Under the pieces are notes generated by a model. The model was not told the origin of the DNA. It saw only the letters and a list, made by a program, of their open reading frames with translations, and made no database searches. A DNA stretch of 64,000 nt from Monocercomonoides exilis PA203 (taxonomy: Eukaryota > Protista > Preaxostyla): NCBI GenBank assembly GCA_001643675.2, contig LSRY02000052.1, forward strand, positions 124,001-188,000, read 5' to 3'. Each line of letters opens with the position of its first letter. Position 1 is the stretch's first letter. A program made the translations under genes and the position numbers. Positions 1 through 12,900 of this stretch are shown here, piece after piece.

Positions 1-632
1 CCGAGAGTGCCAGCAGAAAAAACAGAAACATGTTTGGCTGAATGGATTGATCGTAATATTCGTAATTTTTATGTTTGTGCATTTGCTTTTTATGGAATTT
101 TTGAAAACAAAGCATTATTCATATTTTTCCTGTTCTTTGATTTTTTGGTTCCTTTTTTTCACAATTGATAAACAATTTTTCTATCTAAAAAAAACACTTT
201 TTGTTTGAGGTTTTTTGTTTTTTCACTGAAAATTCAATTTTTTATTTGCCTTAAATGTTTTCGATGAATATTATTTTGAGTTGTCATTCCTTTTGAAAAA
301 TCTAAAATTGTTTCATGAAACACATTGAATTACGAATGCAGCTTCTATTCAAAGAGTGAAAGTGAAATTGTCATTCAATCTCCAAAAGTTTTCCAAAAAA
401 AGTTTCTCAAAAAGAAATTGAATTTAGAAATATTCTGAATCAAATGAGTTCAAGGTTCAAAAAAATTGAAGTGCTCTTTTTATTCCTTTCTTTTTGAAAT
501 GTGAGATTCTTAATTTCATTGAATTCTAATAATAGGTATGACCTTCGATCATGGAATCCTTTTTGATCTGTTCCAAAAACATAATTAAAAAATTCAAATT
601 GAATTTTTTGTTTCACTAATTTGTTCAGAATA

Positions 633-1704
633 ATGGAAATTGAGGAAATTTCAATTGAAATAAATTCTCCTCATATCTTATTCGAAACATTCAGCAACAG
701 TGAAAGCAGTTTGCACTGGTTATTCGATCATAAAACATATTTCCAATTCAAAGAAATGCTCACTATGCAACGATGATATGTATTTCTAATCATATAAAAC
801 AGGAAGATTTGTTTATCATTGCGGAAAATGCAAATGTAATAATTCTATTTTAATAAGTACTCCTTTTTTCCATACAAAAGCAAAAATTGAACTCATATTA
901 CAAGTGATTTTATTATTTCACTTAGGCCTGCAGCAGCTTCAGGCCAGATCTCTTGCAGGTCTTGGTGAAAAAATAACGGGGGAAATTTTTGCAATTTGCC
1001 GGAAAACTTGTTATTCGGAATTCTTCTCAAAAAAGAAAAATTAGGAGGTGTTGGAAAGGTTGTCGAATTGGATGAGTGTTTGTTACGGAAAAGGAAGTAT
1101 CATTGGGGCAGATTCAAAAAACATGTTTGGATATTTAGAATCTATGAAAGAAATCCTTTGTGAAACAAAACATTTATTATTCCAGTGAAAAAAAGGGATT
1201 CAAAAACTCTGCCTAATATAATTACAATAACCGTTGAGCATGGGACAATGATATATTCAGATTGTTGGAAAGCTGACTCAAAGTTGCAAGAGTTAGGTTT
1301 GGGGTCCTTAACAGTTGATCAAAGAAAGGAATTTAAAAATAAAACAACAAATTGTCTTGCAAATAACACCGAAGCTGTCTAAAGTAGGTTAAGAAGGTAT
1401 TTGCCACCAAATGGAACTAGTTTGCGTCACATTGAAGGTTTCATTGCTTCATTAAAATTGTAAAAAAAATAGAAAAAGTTTCAATACAGAAGTTATTTGA
1501 AATTGTTTTTGGATGTAATCCAGAGAGATACGAGAAAACATATTATAAAGTTTACGAAATAAGTGAAGATGAAACTGAAACAGCAACGAGCAGCATTTCA
1601 TCCGTTGGAACAGATGACACAGATGCAACAATTCATTCGATTGAGAAAAAAACGGAAGATGACGAAGAAAAAGCTTCCAGTTGGGAAGGATCTGATACAG
1701 TTAA
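633..1704 (+). pseudogene. Degenerate Merlin / IS1595(ISXO2)-family DDE transposase
   Basis: Fragments in shifting frames: N-terminal Cx2C...Cx2C zinc ribbon, SILISTPFFHTK, LGGVGKVVELDECLLRKRKYHWGR..VWIF (D1), PVKKRDSKTL...GTMIYSDCWK (D2), NNTEAV*SRLRR (E). Several stops and frameshifts. No TIRs identified. Confidence 0.85.
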
Positions 1705-1779
1705 ATTTTTTGAGTTATTATTTGTTGACACAAAAATTTTCATTTCAAAGCTCATTGAAAAAATTTGAAAACTTAATAT

Positions 1780-2036
1780 GGGTGATTGTTTTTGAAATCA
1801 TATTTTTTGGGACAAACTTTTCGATTTGAAAATTTTGTTTTGAATTTTTGTGCATAAACACATAAAAATGACAACTCCTATAAATTCCATCTTTCAATTT
1901 CTTTTTCATCAATTTTAGTCTTTTGACACAATTGAAATGATTTTCACATTTCAATGATAAAAACATTTTCTCTGACAGTGAATTATAATAATTATCCTCA
2001 CCACGAAAAAAGTTATGATTTCTAAAATGATCACCC
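1780..2036. mobile_element. MITE family I copy (257 bp), TSD ATAT
   Basis: ATAT|GGGTGATTGTTTTTGAAATCATA...TATGATTTCTAAAATGATCACCC|ATAT. Orientation is opposite to the 2356 copy. Confidence 0.8.
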
Positions 2037-2355
2037 ATATTTTGATATTTAATAAAGGGTTTGATCAAAAAGGATGCCATGATCTGAAGTCATGCCCAAT
2101 ATTTTGCGATAAGGAAAAAATAGATAAAAAACCTTGAGATGAATTCAGAACTCAAAAATAATGAATCTCAAATGAGTCTTCCTTTAAATGTGGTGCAAAT
2201 TTTTTGAACGAATGAACAATGCAACGATTTGTTCCAAACTTTTCAATATGGCATCATCAAAAGTCTAACATTCATTTGCATAATTATAAGAAAAATAAAG
2301 AAAATTTAGAAAAATACAAGAAAATTACGAGTGAAACAAATTTCGTTGAGCAAAT

Positions 2356-2611
2356 GAGTGATTATTTTTGAAATCATAACTTTTTTTTGGTGTTCTGTAT
2401 TTTCAACTTCAGCTTGTCATAGGGAAAAGCTTTTGAATTCAAATGCTTAATTTATCACAACTGTTTTTTGATAAAGAAAACCAGCTGAAATAAATATTCA
2501 AATGTCTTTATTGAGGCTTTTCACTCATCAGTGATCATGAATTTACGTTCAAAGGAAATTCTTGAACCGAAATTTCTGAATGAAAAAATATGATTTCAAA
2601 AATTATCACCC
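2356..2611. mobile_element. MITE family I copy (256 bp), TSD AAAT
   Basis: AAAT|GAGTGATTATTTTTGAAATCATA...TATGATTTCAAAAATTATCACCC|AAAT. Confidence 0.8.
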
Positions 2612-3222
2612 AAATATATAAATATATATAATTATCCAACATCACAATGTGATTTGGGACGATATTTTTTGCTTGATGAATATTGTTCCATTTTTCACAT
2701 TTAATTATATTTCTCAATTTCGGAAATCTTCCTGTTTTCTTTTCTTTTCTTTTCATTTTTTTTTTCCTTTTTTTTTCCTTTTTTTTTTTTTTTTTCATTT
2801 TTTGTTTGTTTCAGACATATGATTTGAGTGCTTGTCATTTCACAGAGATATTAGTTAAAACTCCAAAATTTTGTATTAGAAAATATTGCATAAAAAATTT
2901 ATAGAAGAATTGATTTCTTTTGAAAGAATAAAGTATCCTAAAACTTAAAGGTTACTTTGAATTCAAAATCCTAAAATGATTTTTGAAAAAAAAAAAAAAA
3001 AAAAAAAACAAATCTTTATTGATATAATAATTAAATGTCATAGTAAAAGAGTTAATTTATTCTATTAATTGAAACAACGCAATGAAACTTCATTTATATA
3101 TTTCTGTAAGCATTCCTTTCATTCGCTAAATATAACTTTTAATAATTTTTTGTGATATCATTATTCTCCACTAAGTTTCAAGCTTATTTTAGAAGTCACT
3201 TTTTCAAGATTTGCTAAATAAC

Positions 3223-4784
3223 TCATTCAATTTTTTTCCATTTCTTTATAATTCTCCATCTGTCTTTGAGCTGAACATTTGTTCTGTTCCAATGAAAACC
3301 ACTCTTCTTCACAATTTCTGCCCAATGGCAGCCATAACGCTTAATGCCTTGAATTAAAGCTTCATCTTCTTTTGCTGTCCATGGCTGGTTAATAATAAAG
3401 ATTAAAAATTTTTAATTGTACAAAAATTGATTGAGCGTTTGTAATGATAAGAATAAGTACCTTTCTTTCAGTGATTTTGGTTTTTTTCTTTCCAGCCAAC
3501 TTTATCTCTTCGGAATTACATTTTGGATAATCGCGCTTTACAAGGAATTGATCTGAAAATAGAAAGAGAAAAAGAAATTTAATGAAACAGAAAACAATGA
3601 AACAAACTCGAAAAGATAAAACAAAAATCAAAAGAATAAACAGAATATAAAGAAAAATTCAAACATAGAATTCTAAATGTTTTCTGATCATTTTTTTCGA
3701 AATAACAAACTTTTTGAAACAAGTTTTGATTCACCATCACAATTATCATCATCCTTTTTCTTTTCTTCTTCTTCTTCTTCACCTCGAGTTATTTTATTCA
3801 TTTGTCTTTCAAAAACATTTTCTTCTCTAACGAGAGATAAATTTAATGTTTTCTGATACAATTCTTCAAAAGTTTTGAAGTGAAATCTGATTGAATGCGA
3901 TTCGTCACCCTCATCACCTGTTTTCTTTAAATCATCAATTGCATCAATATCGTCTTGATTTTCAATATCAGAAATCTCTTCCACATCATTTACATCATCA
4001 ATATCATCTAAGCTTTCAAAAAGAACATGATCATGCTTTCTTTTCATATTTTCTTCAGAATCATTCAAATAATCTCCAACAGAAGATTTATGCGAACTTG
4101 AACAAAGAGGTGGATGATTTGTGTGGCAAATATCTGATTTTTCTTGCTCTTTGAACACGTTTTCTGAAGCTGAAAGCAGAGAAGATAATTCTGATGTTAT
4201 TTCATGTAATTGTGAAACTGAGAAATTGTCAAATTGAAGTTGTTGATGATCTTCAGAAATGCTTGAAGTGGGTTTCTTTGTCAATCTGAAATTCTTTTCA
4301 TCATTTGTTTCCTCAATTGAAACTTCATTGCTTTTACCCTTCGATTGAAAAATATTCAGTGGAAGTTCTTTACTTAAATCAATTTGAAAATCAGAATTGA
4401 CACATTGTCTTGAAACATCAATCAGATTAGTTGATTTAGATAAATGTAAAAATGGACGATATGGACCAATACTTGGATTTGAAGAAATGTTACTTTTAGA
4501 AGAAGAGATTTCTTCATCTTTTATTTCTAGTTCGTCAACTTCTTTGTTATTTACAAATGCATTCAACCTATTACGCCTTCTACGAGAACGTTTTGATCTT
4601 TTTCGTTTACGTCTGGAAGATTTTTTGGAAAGCGAAAGCATTGCTTGAAGAAAATATTGGATTGATTCAAGATCATCGAAATCGAAAGGATTTATAATTG
4701 TCTTAATAATTCATTAATTCCAACGAAATAATTAAAAATTCATTAAAACAAGAAAAAGACATATACATTCGCTCCAATTTGCAT
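3223..4784 (-). CDS. TRF-like telomere-repeat-binding protein with a C-terminal single telobox Myb domain (multi-exon)
   Basis: The spliced end of the protein reads ...KKKTKITERK|PWTAKEDEALIQGIKRYGCHWAEIVKKSGFHWNRTNVQLKDRWRIIKKW; the Myb exon is not in the ORF track. The RTxVxLKDRWR telobox signature is present. The 317-aa acidic ORF 3688-4641 is an internal exon. The start may lie further upstream (ATG at 4913). Confidence 0.8.
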
Positions 4785-4990
4785 AAAAAAAAACAAATGA
4801 GCATTTCACAAATATCATAATGGGAAATTTGTCGAACTCGAGAAATACAACAACCAAAATGATGCTCATGGATTTGTTCTCACCCTTTTTATCTTTTGCA
4901 CAGAATTGGACATTTGAGTTTCAAAAAATTTGTTAAGGGGAACATATCATGTCATTTCCCACTTTTCTAAATTGAATTGAAATCAAACAA

Positions 4991-6665
4991 ATGCACACAT
5001 TTACAATCTTACTAATTAATTTATTTTCTTGTGAATTATTGAGATTGACTTCGGAAAATTTTACTTCTACAATTGAAACGAAGCCGACATTTGTAATGTT
5101 TTTCCAGCAGTGGTGCTCCTTTTCAACAAAACTATTTCCAGAATTATTGGAAGCTGAACAACAAATGAAAGATGAAAACATTGCATTTGCATCCGTTGAT
5201 TGTGGCCAATCTCCAGATTTATGTTTTCAATATGTTAAAAATGGATATCCAACAGTTTTCCTTTTTCAGTTTGCTCATTTAAATTTTCATAAATTAAAAG
5301 CATAACATATCATTTTAAAACTTTATTTACAGAAAAGATTCAAAGGTTTTGTATGAAGGAGACAGAAATGCATCAGCAATTCAGAATTGGGTTAAGTTGA
5401 ATTTGGAACCTCCATTTACTGTTGTAAAAAACATAAAAGATGCAGAACCAATAATCAAGAAGCATGAGTATGCTATGGTTGGCTCATTTGCTGCAGAAAC
5501 AACTCCAGAATTTTTAGCTTTTAAAGAAGCTTGCGTGAAAACTCAAACGAGAGCTGTTCGAATTGCAATTGTTGATCAATCAATAAAGCATCCATCAATT
5601 AAAATGATTCATGTTCAAAATTCCTACGAAGAAAGCAATCCTAATCAAAAGTTTTCTCCTGAAGCAATATCTCATTTTGAAAGAAGTCGATCAACTCCAT
5701 TGGTTGTTGAGTTAAATCCACTAAATGGATATGAGCTCACTCACAGCCATGTACCAGTAGGATATTTCTTCTACGATCCTTCTGATGCTAAAACAGATGC
5801 TTATAAAGATTCTCTAAATGAAATTGCAAAAACACATAGAGAAGAAATGCTGTTTGCTTTTGTGAATTCTCGAGCATTTGGAAGAATGGCTCCTCCTCTT
5901 GGTCTTTCCAGCAATGAATATCCTTCGTTTGCAATTGAAAAAGAAGTAAAACCTGAAGAAGGCGGAAGCATCGGGTCAAAGGCGCATTATGCAGCTCAAG
6001 AGACAGGACCACAGCTTACAATGGAGAAAATGAAGCATTTCATTAACAACTTCCTAGCTCGTTCACTGAAGCCCACAATCAGATCTCAGCCTATTCCCAA
6101 GTGGCAGCACTCGTCTGTTGTGCAGCTCGTTGGAAACACCTTCGAGAAGGTTGTCATGGACCCAACAAAGGATGTTTTTGTGCGACTTGTTACTCCATGG
6201 TGCATGAAGTGCAATCGAACATCTCCTCTATTCCGAAGAGTCGCAGAGGATTTGGACGAGATAAAGAAAGGAACCACCGAAAGCAGTTATCCAAGGGCTG
6301 TAGACGCAGCCAGTCGTGTAGTGCTTGCTGAAATGGACGTTTCTGAAAACGATGTTCCTCCATCAATAGTTGTTGAAAACCATCCCTTCCTCCTGCTATT
6401 TCCAGCCAGCGACAAAAAGCACCCAATCCAATGCACTGAGTGGTATTCATATGAAAAAATGAAACGATTCCTGTCTAACACACTGAAAGACTATGAGCCG
6501 TGGAAAAGTGGATTAAAGTTTCCATTGCAAATTAATGAAGATGCAATTGCTGATGAAGATTCCATCTATCAGTTTGGCATTAATGAAGCTTCATGGAGAA
6601 ATCCTCATCCTGCCAACAATGCAAGTGCAAGCAAAGCTGGTGAAACAAACAAAACAGATCTTTAA
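4991..6665 (+). CDS. Protein disulfide isomerase family protein (a-b-b'-a'), 1 intron 5269-5332
   Basis: Signal peptide, thioredoxin domain with WCSFS and VDC...GYPT..LF|...YEGDR, second domain VVQLVGNTFEKVVMDPTKDVFV...PWCMKC, and C-terminal KTDL. The GT-AG intron joins the two ORFs in frame. Confidence 0.92.
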
Positions 6666-6930
6666 CATCTCATTTCTTTGAATTTTTTTAATTTTATTTA
6701 TTGACATTTTCAAAAAGAGAAAGGGCTGATCTTGCGTGAAATAGAAATCTTCCCTTAAATACAACTTTTTTTTTCAAATAAAAGAAAATGGAGAAAATAA
6801 TTCAAAAAAAATTAAAAAATAATCTGAAGTGAAAGACGTTATTGAAACATTCAAAGTTTACAAAGACAAACAATGAAAAATTTGCAAGCATGGCATTTGC
6901 TGCTGTTCAAGTTTGAAAATTGCAAGATGA

Positions 6931-9900
6931 TCACATTTCTGAATCTGGAAGAAGCTGATTTGCAGCGGCAGAAGGCATTTTTGTGTATATTACACGAAGT
7001 CTCCATCCGCAAACACTTCCCCCCTCAAGTGATCGAAATTGAGGCACGTAGATAAATCCAACATCGCTTCCTTCATCTGCGCGAGAAGCAACTTTCACTT
7101 CAATATGCATTACTCCATGAGGCATAAGTGAAAACGACTTTGTTGAAATCTCAAACAAATCTGGGCGATCTGTTGTAACCACAAACGACGTGGCACTGCT
7201 GATCGAATCGTTTCCATTGCTAAACGGCAGAGATAGCCATGTTCGGTGCATAACTGGAATCTCCGTCCTTAAATATTGCATTGGAACGTATTGAGGATTG
7301 ATTGTTGTTGAACAATGAATTATTAACGATTCCTCAACTTTGCCTTGAGTTTGGTCCACAAAGTTCACAAGTATTTGCTTATTTCCTGGGATATATGTGG
7401 TGAACAAAAGATTTGAAATTTCTTCTTCTCTCATAATTAACCTACTTCCTTCCGATGCAGCTAAATCCACATTTCCAACAATGCTCTTCTGCACAATTTC
7501 TTGAGGGACCTCTTCAATTGTTCGAACTTTTGCGCTGTCATATTCACCTCCTGGGTACCACTTCAAATCACACCGTTTTAGTAGATCGTTCATCATTTCT
7601 TTGATTGACTGCTCATCCATGTCTCTCTGCCCAAGAGCAGTAGACAGTCGATGGTCTCTTCGTTTTTCTCTTTCAACAATCACTTCGCTGACTTTTTGCG
7701 TTATATTTGAGAATGCACCGAGCTCCGCTTCGAGATGAATTGCTGGATGGGAATATACAACAATTTCCCAAATTTCATAGAGCCAGCTGCACAAAGGATC
7801 GTTAAATAAAGCAATCTCAAAAGAATACGGTCTCACTCCGTCTGCTCTTCTTTGAAGTTTCTTTGAAGTCTGACCGAGATCTCCAGTTGTTTTGTTGAAC
7901 TCGTCTACGAAAGCCTCGCATTCATATTGTTGCATTCGTTGCTGTTTCATTTCAATGTTTGTATCTGATTCGTGACAACAAATTGGAAGGTTCGCAGGAG
8001 ACGGGCATCTCAAAGTCACAACCTGCCTAAGAGTCCTTTCCCCTTCATGTAACAAACCTTCTGGCCCAAGATTGCTTTTTGTTTCTCTGAGCTGTTCCTC
8101 TTTAACATCGCTAAACCCTTCAATTTCTATTCTCTTTCCTTTAAATGTTGTCGTTTCACTTACAATCACCTTCTTTGTCATGCAAAGTCTTTCGTCATCT
8201 CTAATCATCTGAGCTCCTCCACGATTCATTCGCTTGCTTTTTTCATTACTTTCATTTGCCCAATCATCGCTATACTCATTTCGTTCAGCAATTGATTTTA
8301 AAAATGGAGGTTGTCCGCCAATGAGATCTCTTGTTTGCAGCATTTGGGGAAGCAACAACTTCAAATCGACTCTTTCACCCTCTTTGCTGTGTATTCGTAT
8401 TGTTTTGTCAACATGATGCCCAACTGGAAGAACAACAACATCGCTCTTCAGCATCGGCATGAGCGTTTTCTTTTCGACAAAGCTGATTCCAATAATTCGT
8501 GGACAAATTGCTGGAGATAGATTTATTGGATCTCCAAAAGGATCCTTCAGCTTTCCGAGTGTTACTGTTGGCTGACTTACGATAGAGTGAAGCAATCCTT
8601 TAGAACCTTCTTCTGAATCAGATGAATCGCTTTCTGAATCGCTTGCTTCAAATTCACTATTTAATGAAGAAATACCAGTTGAAGAAGAAGAAGAGGAGGA
8701 GGAAGAGGATGCGCTACTTTCATTTCTTTTTGACTTCTGAATCAAATGTGAGTTTATACACACTTTTGGATTCGACAGAGGAGCAAAGAACTGTTCTTCT
8801 TCCTTCAAAATTGAACTAACCTCCTTTTCAGCTGATGCACGACTTGCCTTGTTTCCTTCGTTTTTAAAGATCACCCCATCTCTTTCATCAAAAAAGGATA
8901 TTCCATTTCCTCCGCTTTTCAGTGATTGAAACACAAAGCCAATTGTTCTCTGTTCATTCCCGTCCAGCTCAATCAGAGTTTTCCTCTTGCTCTTCTGTGA
9001 GCGGGTGCTTGAAAGCTTCGAAACAAGGTCAAATCCAACGCCTGTGGAAAGTGGCAGCTGCTGTGTAACCTTTCCTTTTCCAAGTGCGGCAGTTGATAAA
9101 GACCCCATCACGTAATCGAATAACTGAGCCTGCTTTTGCTGAGTTGCAAAATTATTCATCATAAATTGTCGGTTGTCAACGTTGAATGCATTTGAAGGAT
9201 CCCAAATTGCTCTGTAATGCAAACGCTCTTCTTCAGTCAATACAAACAGTTCGTCTTCATCTTCAAAATCATCATCATCATCAAACATATCAATATTTTC
9301 AGATAAACTACTTCCTTTTGATTTGATTTTGCTCTTTTCTTTTATTCCCGTTTTTTCATTTGCAAATTGGGAACCTGAATTTTTCAATCCTAAGTTTTTC
9401 AGTATTCTTTTGACAATTCTTTTGAGAGGCTTTTTCTTCATCTTAACTTCAATTTGAACAGGAGTTGATTGCGAGTTTGTGATTGGTATCTCGAAATACA
9501 CAGGCTGCGCAAATGAAGGATAGATCACTTTCATTATGGATGAATTATGCATTTGCATTGCTTGTAGTTTTAATTGCTTATTCTAAGAATATCAAAGAAG
9601 AAGAAGAAAAGAAGGATAATGATAATCGTCGAATAAAAAAATTAAAAAAAAATAGAATCAGTTACTTCTAAAAATTTGCCAATATCTTAAAATTGAAAAA
9701 ATTGAAATAAAAATTGTCATAAGTTCTCAAATAACTTCAAATTCTTTCTTATTTAATTCCATAATTCATCATACTTTTTCTCTGATAGCTCTAACTTCTT
9801 CAAGAGATGAACACATTCTCCTCATCAAAGCTTCAGAATACTCACTGGCTGGTTCAATCTGCTCTTTCAAAGGCCTTTCTATCCGCCCAAGCCAAACATC

Positions 9901-12900
9901 ACCAAATCTGACCATTTTCCCACTTCTCACAAGACCTTGAGTCAGCCATTGAGATGTGAAGCTTTCAGCTCCTTGAATAGTACTTCTTCCTGTTCCTGCG
10001 ACTGATTTATTAGAAGAAGCAATTGCAGGATTCGATTCATTTTGCTTCTGCTCAATAAGCCATTGTACAAATGCCCCACGGCTGAAGCTGTGGCGAACTC
10101 TGTTGTGTGTTACCTCAACAACAATTTGGCCCATCCAACGAAGAATTGGAGGATGAACATTTCCTCTTCCACCTCCGACTCCAGCTCCAGTTGCAGATGA
10201 ACGCATCATGTACATGGCACTCTGTGATTGCATGAAAGGCTCTCTTGTTTGACCCATGGCGTAAAATGGTTGCGGAGATGGAGATTTCATCAAAGTGCTT
10301 CCAGAAAAAGCAGATGGAGTCGCATTCTGAACAGCATTTTGATCGAACATTAACTGCTGCAGATCAGCGCTTGCTGCATCGAATGCATCACAGTCGACTG
10401 AAGGAATAGGCTCCCACAAATCAATTGTTTCCATTGAAAAGTGAGGAGCTCCATCCTGCACGGCCGCAGAGAACGATGACAGAGAAAGAAATCCAACAGC
10501 AAAAGGAAGACAGCTAGTGGCATCAAATATCTCGATTTGAATGGAGTGGTCTTTAAGGTATTCAGGAAGTGTAAGCGAAGTGTTTGCAGATGTGGATGCC
10601 GCATCGCCAGTCAAGCGATAAGGCAGAGCTGTGCTAAGAACAAGAGAAGATGAAAGTGGAGTTGATGAAATGGAAGATGGATCGTCGCTTTTCGAAGTTG
10701 TTGCGACAGCTGAAGGTAATGAAATGGATGGAGAATGGATAAGAACATTGTCATCCACAGAAAGCGAGCATTCGAGCGATCCTCTGCAATTTGAAAGATG
10801 GAGAATAGAAAATTTAAAGTTTAAATTTAATGAATATGAAAAATATTAAAGTTTATTACCATCTTGAAAAAAATACCAATTAAATATCACACCCTGTATT
10901 TGAGGAGAGGCTATAAACTTTCTTTGACTGAGCATCTCCTTGATATCCGTCAGAGCTTCCAATCTCTGAGCGAATAACTCCTTCTTCACTCCAGCAACGC
11001 GGTAAATTGAAAAATCGAAAAGAAAAGACAGGCTTTGCAGGAAACTGGAGTTCAGCAATTTGTTGTTGCTTTGGTGACATTCTGCCTTCTCTGACGAACG
11101 AAACGAACCGAAACGAGAAGGAGGAACACATTCCATCTGTCTGACATTCAACCAAGCGACGCTGCGGAAGCTGCGGAATAATCTGGACAGGAGAAGGAGA
11201 AGCCTGAGGAATCACAACTATCTCAGCCTGATGCTGTGGCAAAGGCGGTATTTCAGGAGGTGGCTGTGCTTCAACAGGAGGTTTTGGCTCCACTGGTTCT
11301 GGAATTTCAACCTGTTCTTTCCTGTTGAATTTCCAGGGTGGTTTCACATACACTGGCAGGCGCTGATAAGCTTCATCAGGAAGGAAAAGCTTAAACATAA
11401 TGGATGGCTGCTCAAATGTGATTGGCAGTCCTGTTGATACGCTGTGTGGTCCAGAATCGTAAAATGGTAAAGTCGACTTGTGAAGAGTCTCAAACGGGAA
11501 TGTTACCTCAGATTCTGGTGGAGGCAGAGCGCCCTTCGGAACGATTCGTGAGCAACGCTCAGCTATTGCTGCAGGTGTTTGCAGAGGTGGAACATGGACC
11601 ATTCCCAATGCATCTGCAAGATCTGAAGAGGAGTAAGCATGCGTTTGATAAGAAGAAGAAGACGACGATGAAGATGAATGCTCCCCTCCAACAATAGCCG
11701 ACTGTGATTGAATTTTGTTTGTTTTTGGCAGAGATCCAATTATTCCATCTAAAGGTCCTCTTGTAGGATCGAAAATCCACCATCCATAGATACCTTGACG
11801 TTTTTAAATTTGGATATAAGAAACAGAAAATTACAAAAGTATTTTTTAAAAAAGCAATATTAATTAAATGCAAGTTTCAAACCAGGAAAATAGCAACTTA
11901 TTGTCGGAGATCTCCGAAGATATCTCTTTGTGGGTTTATCAGGCAGTGTAGATTTAACTTTCAATTTCTGTGCAATTTTTGGTGGGATGTGCAGATGAGG
12001 GCATGATATCAGCATCTTTTTCTTCATTGGATGCAACAATTTCTCAATCAAATAATCTTTTTCAGTCCGTTTGGATTTTTGTCTCAGAATCTGTGATTGC
12101 ATAAACGTCCTTTCTCTAATTGTGCCTTCGACGAGTGTATCACTCATCATTCCTTTCATTGTCTCATCCAACGTCGACTCATTCAGCCCCGTCATTGTCT
12201 CATTCCCTTCATTCTCATTCAATTCATCCAGTTCTTCATCTATTCTTCTCTCTTCATCTTTATCCTCCTTATCCTCCCCCTCTTCCACTTTCTCTTCGGC
12301 GTCATCGTCGGACAAGGGTTCTGATCGATACATGAACCAGAACGGTTTGAACTCTGTCCATCCGAGCCATATCGTCCGTGAAATCCCCTGTGGCAAAGCA
12401 ATCCCAATTCTTGACAATGCCTTGTGCCCTCGTTCTTTCTCCCTTTGTTTTTGCTTGTCTGCGTCTATTTCCGTTGTGATTGGGATCTCCACGTCATATC
12501 CAACCACACAGATAATCGAGGTCTTTGGATGAGGAGTCACATAAGGGATCACGATGGGCTTTTCAAACTTGGCTGGCTCCATCACTTGGAACTTTTGCGA
12601 AGATGCAGCTCTGGTGCGAGTTGCCCTCCGCTGCTGTATTGCTGTGCCTGTTTGCACAAGCTCTCGCTCGAGTATGTCTCCAACAACCTTCATGCTGTTG
12701 TGCTGGCAGATCATAACTTTCTTTTTGACAACCTTCACAAATCTGCTGTCTGTAAATTAGAATGATAAATACATATTTATTTATTCAGAAAAAAAATGTG
12801 TTGTTATTATAATTCGCATAAATAAGAATGAATAAAGTTATTTGAATGAAAAAACAAAATGGATACCTTCATCCAAGTCTTGTTCCCATAAACGTGCGCA

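Noticed and set aside
1780-2036. GGGTGA TIR as the end of the adjacent Merlin relic
   Set aside because: It pairs with its own TIR 257 bp away and has a 4-bp TSD, whereas Merlin makes 8-9-bp TSDs.
2535-2904. Poly-K and poly-F ORFs
   Set aside because: Translations of poly-T tracts and a MITE.
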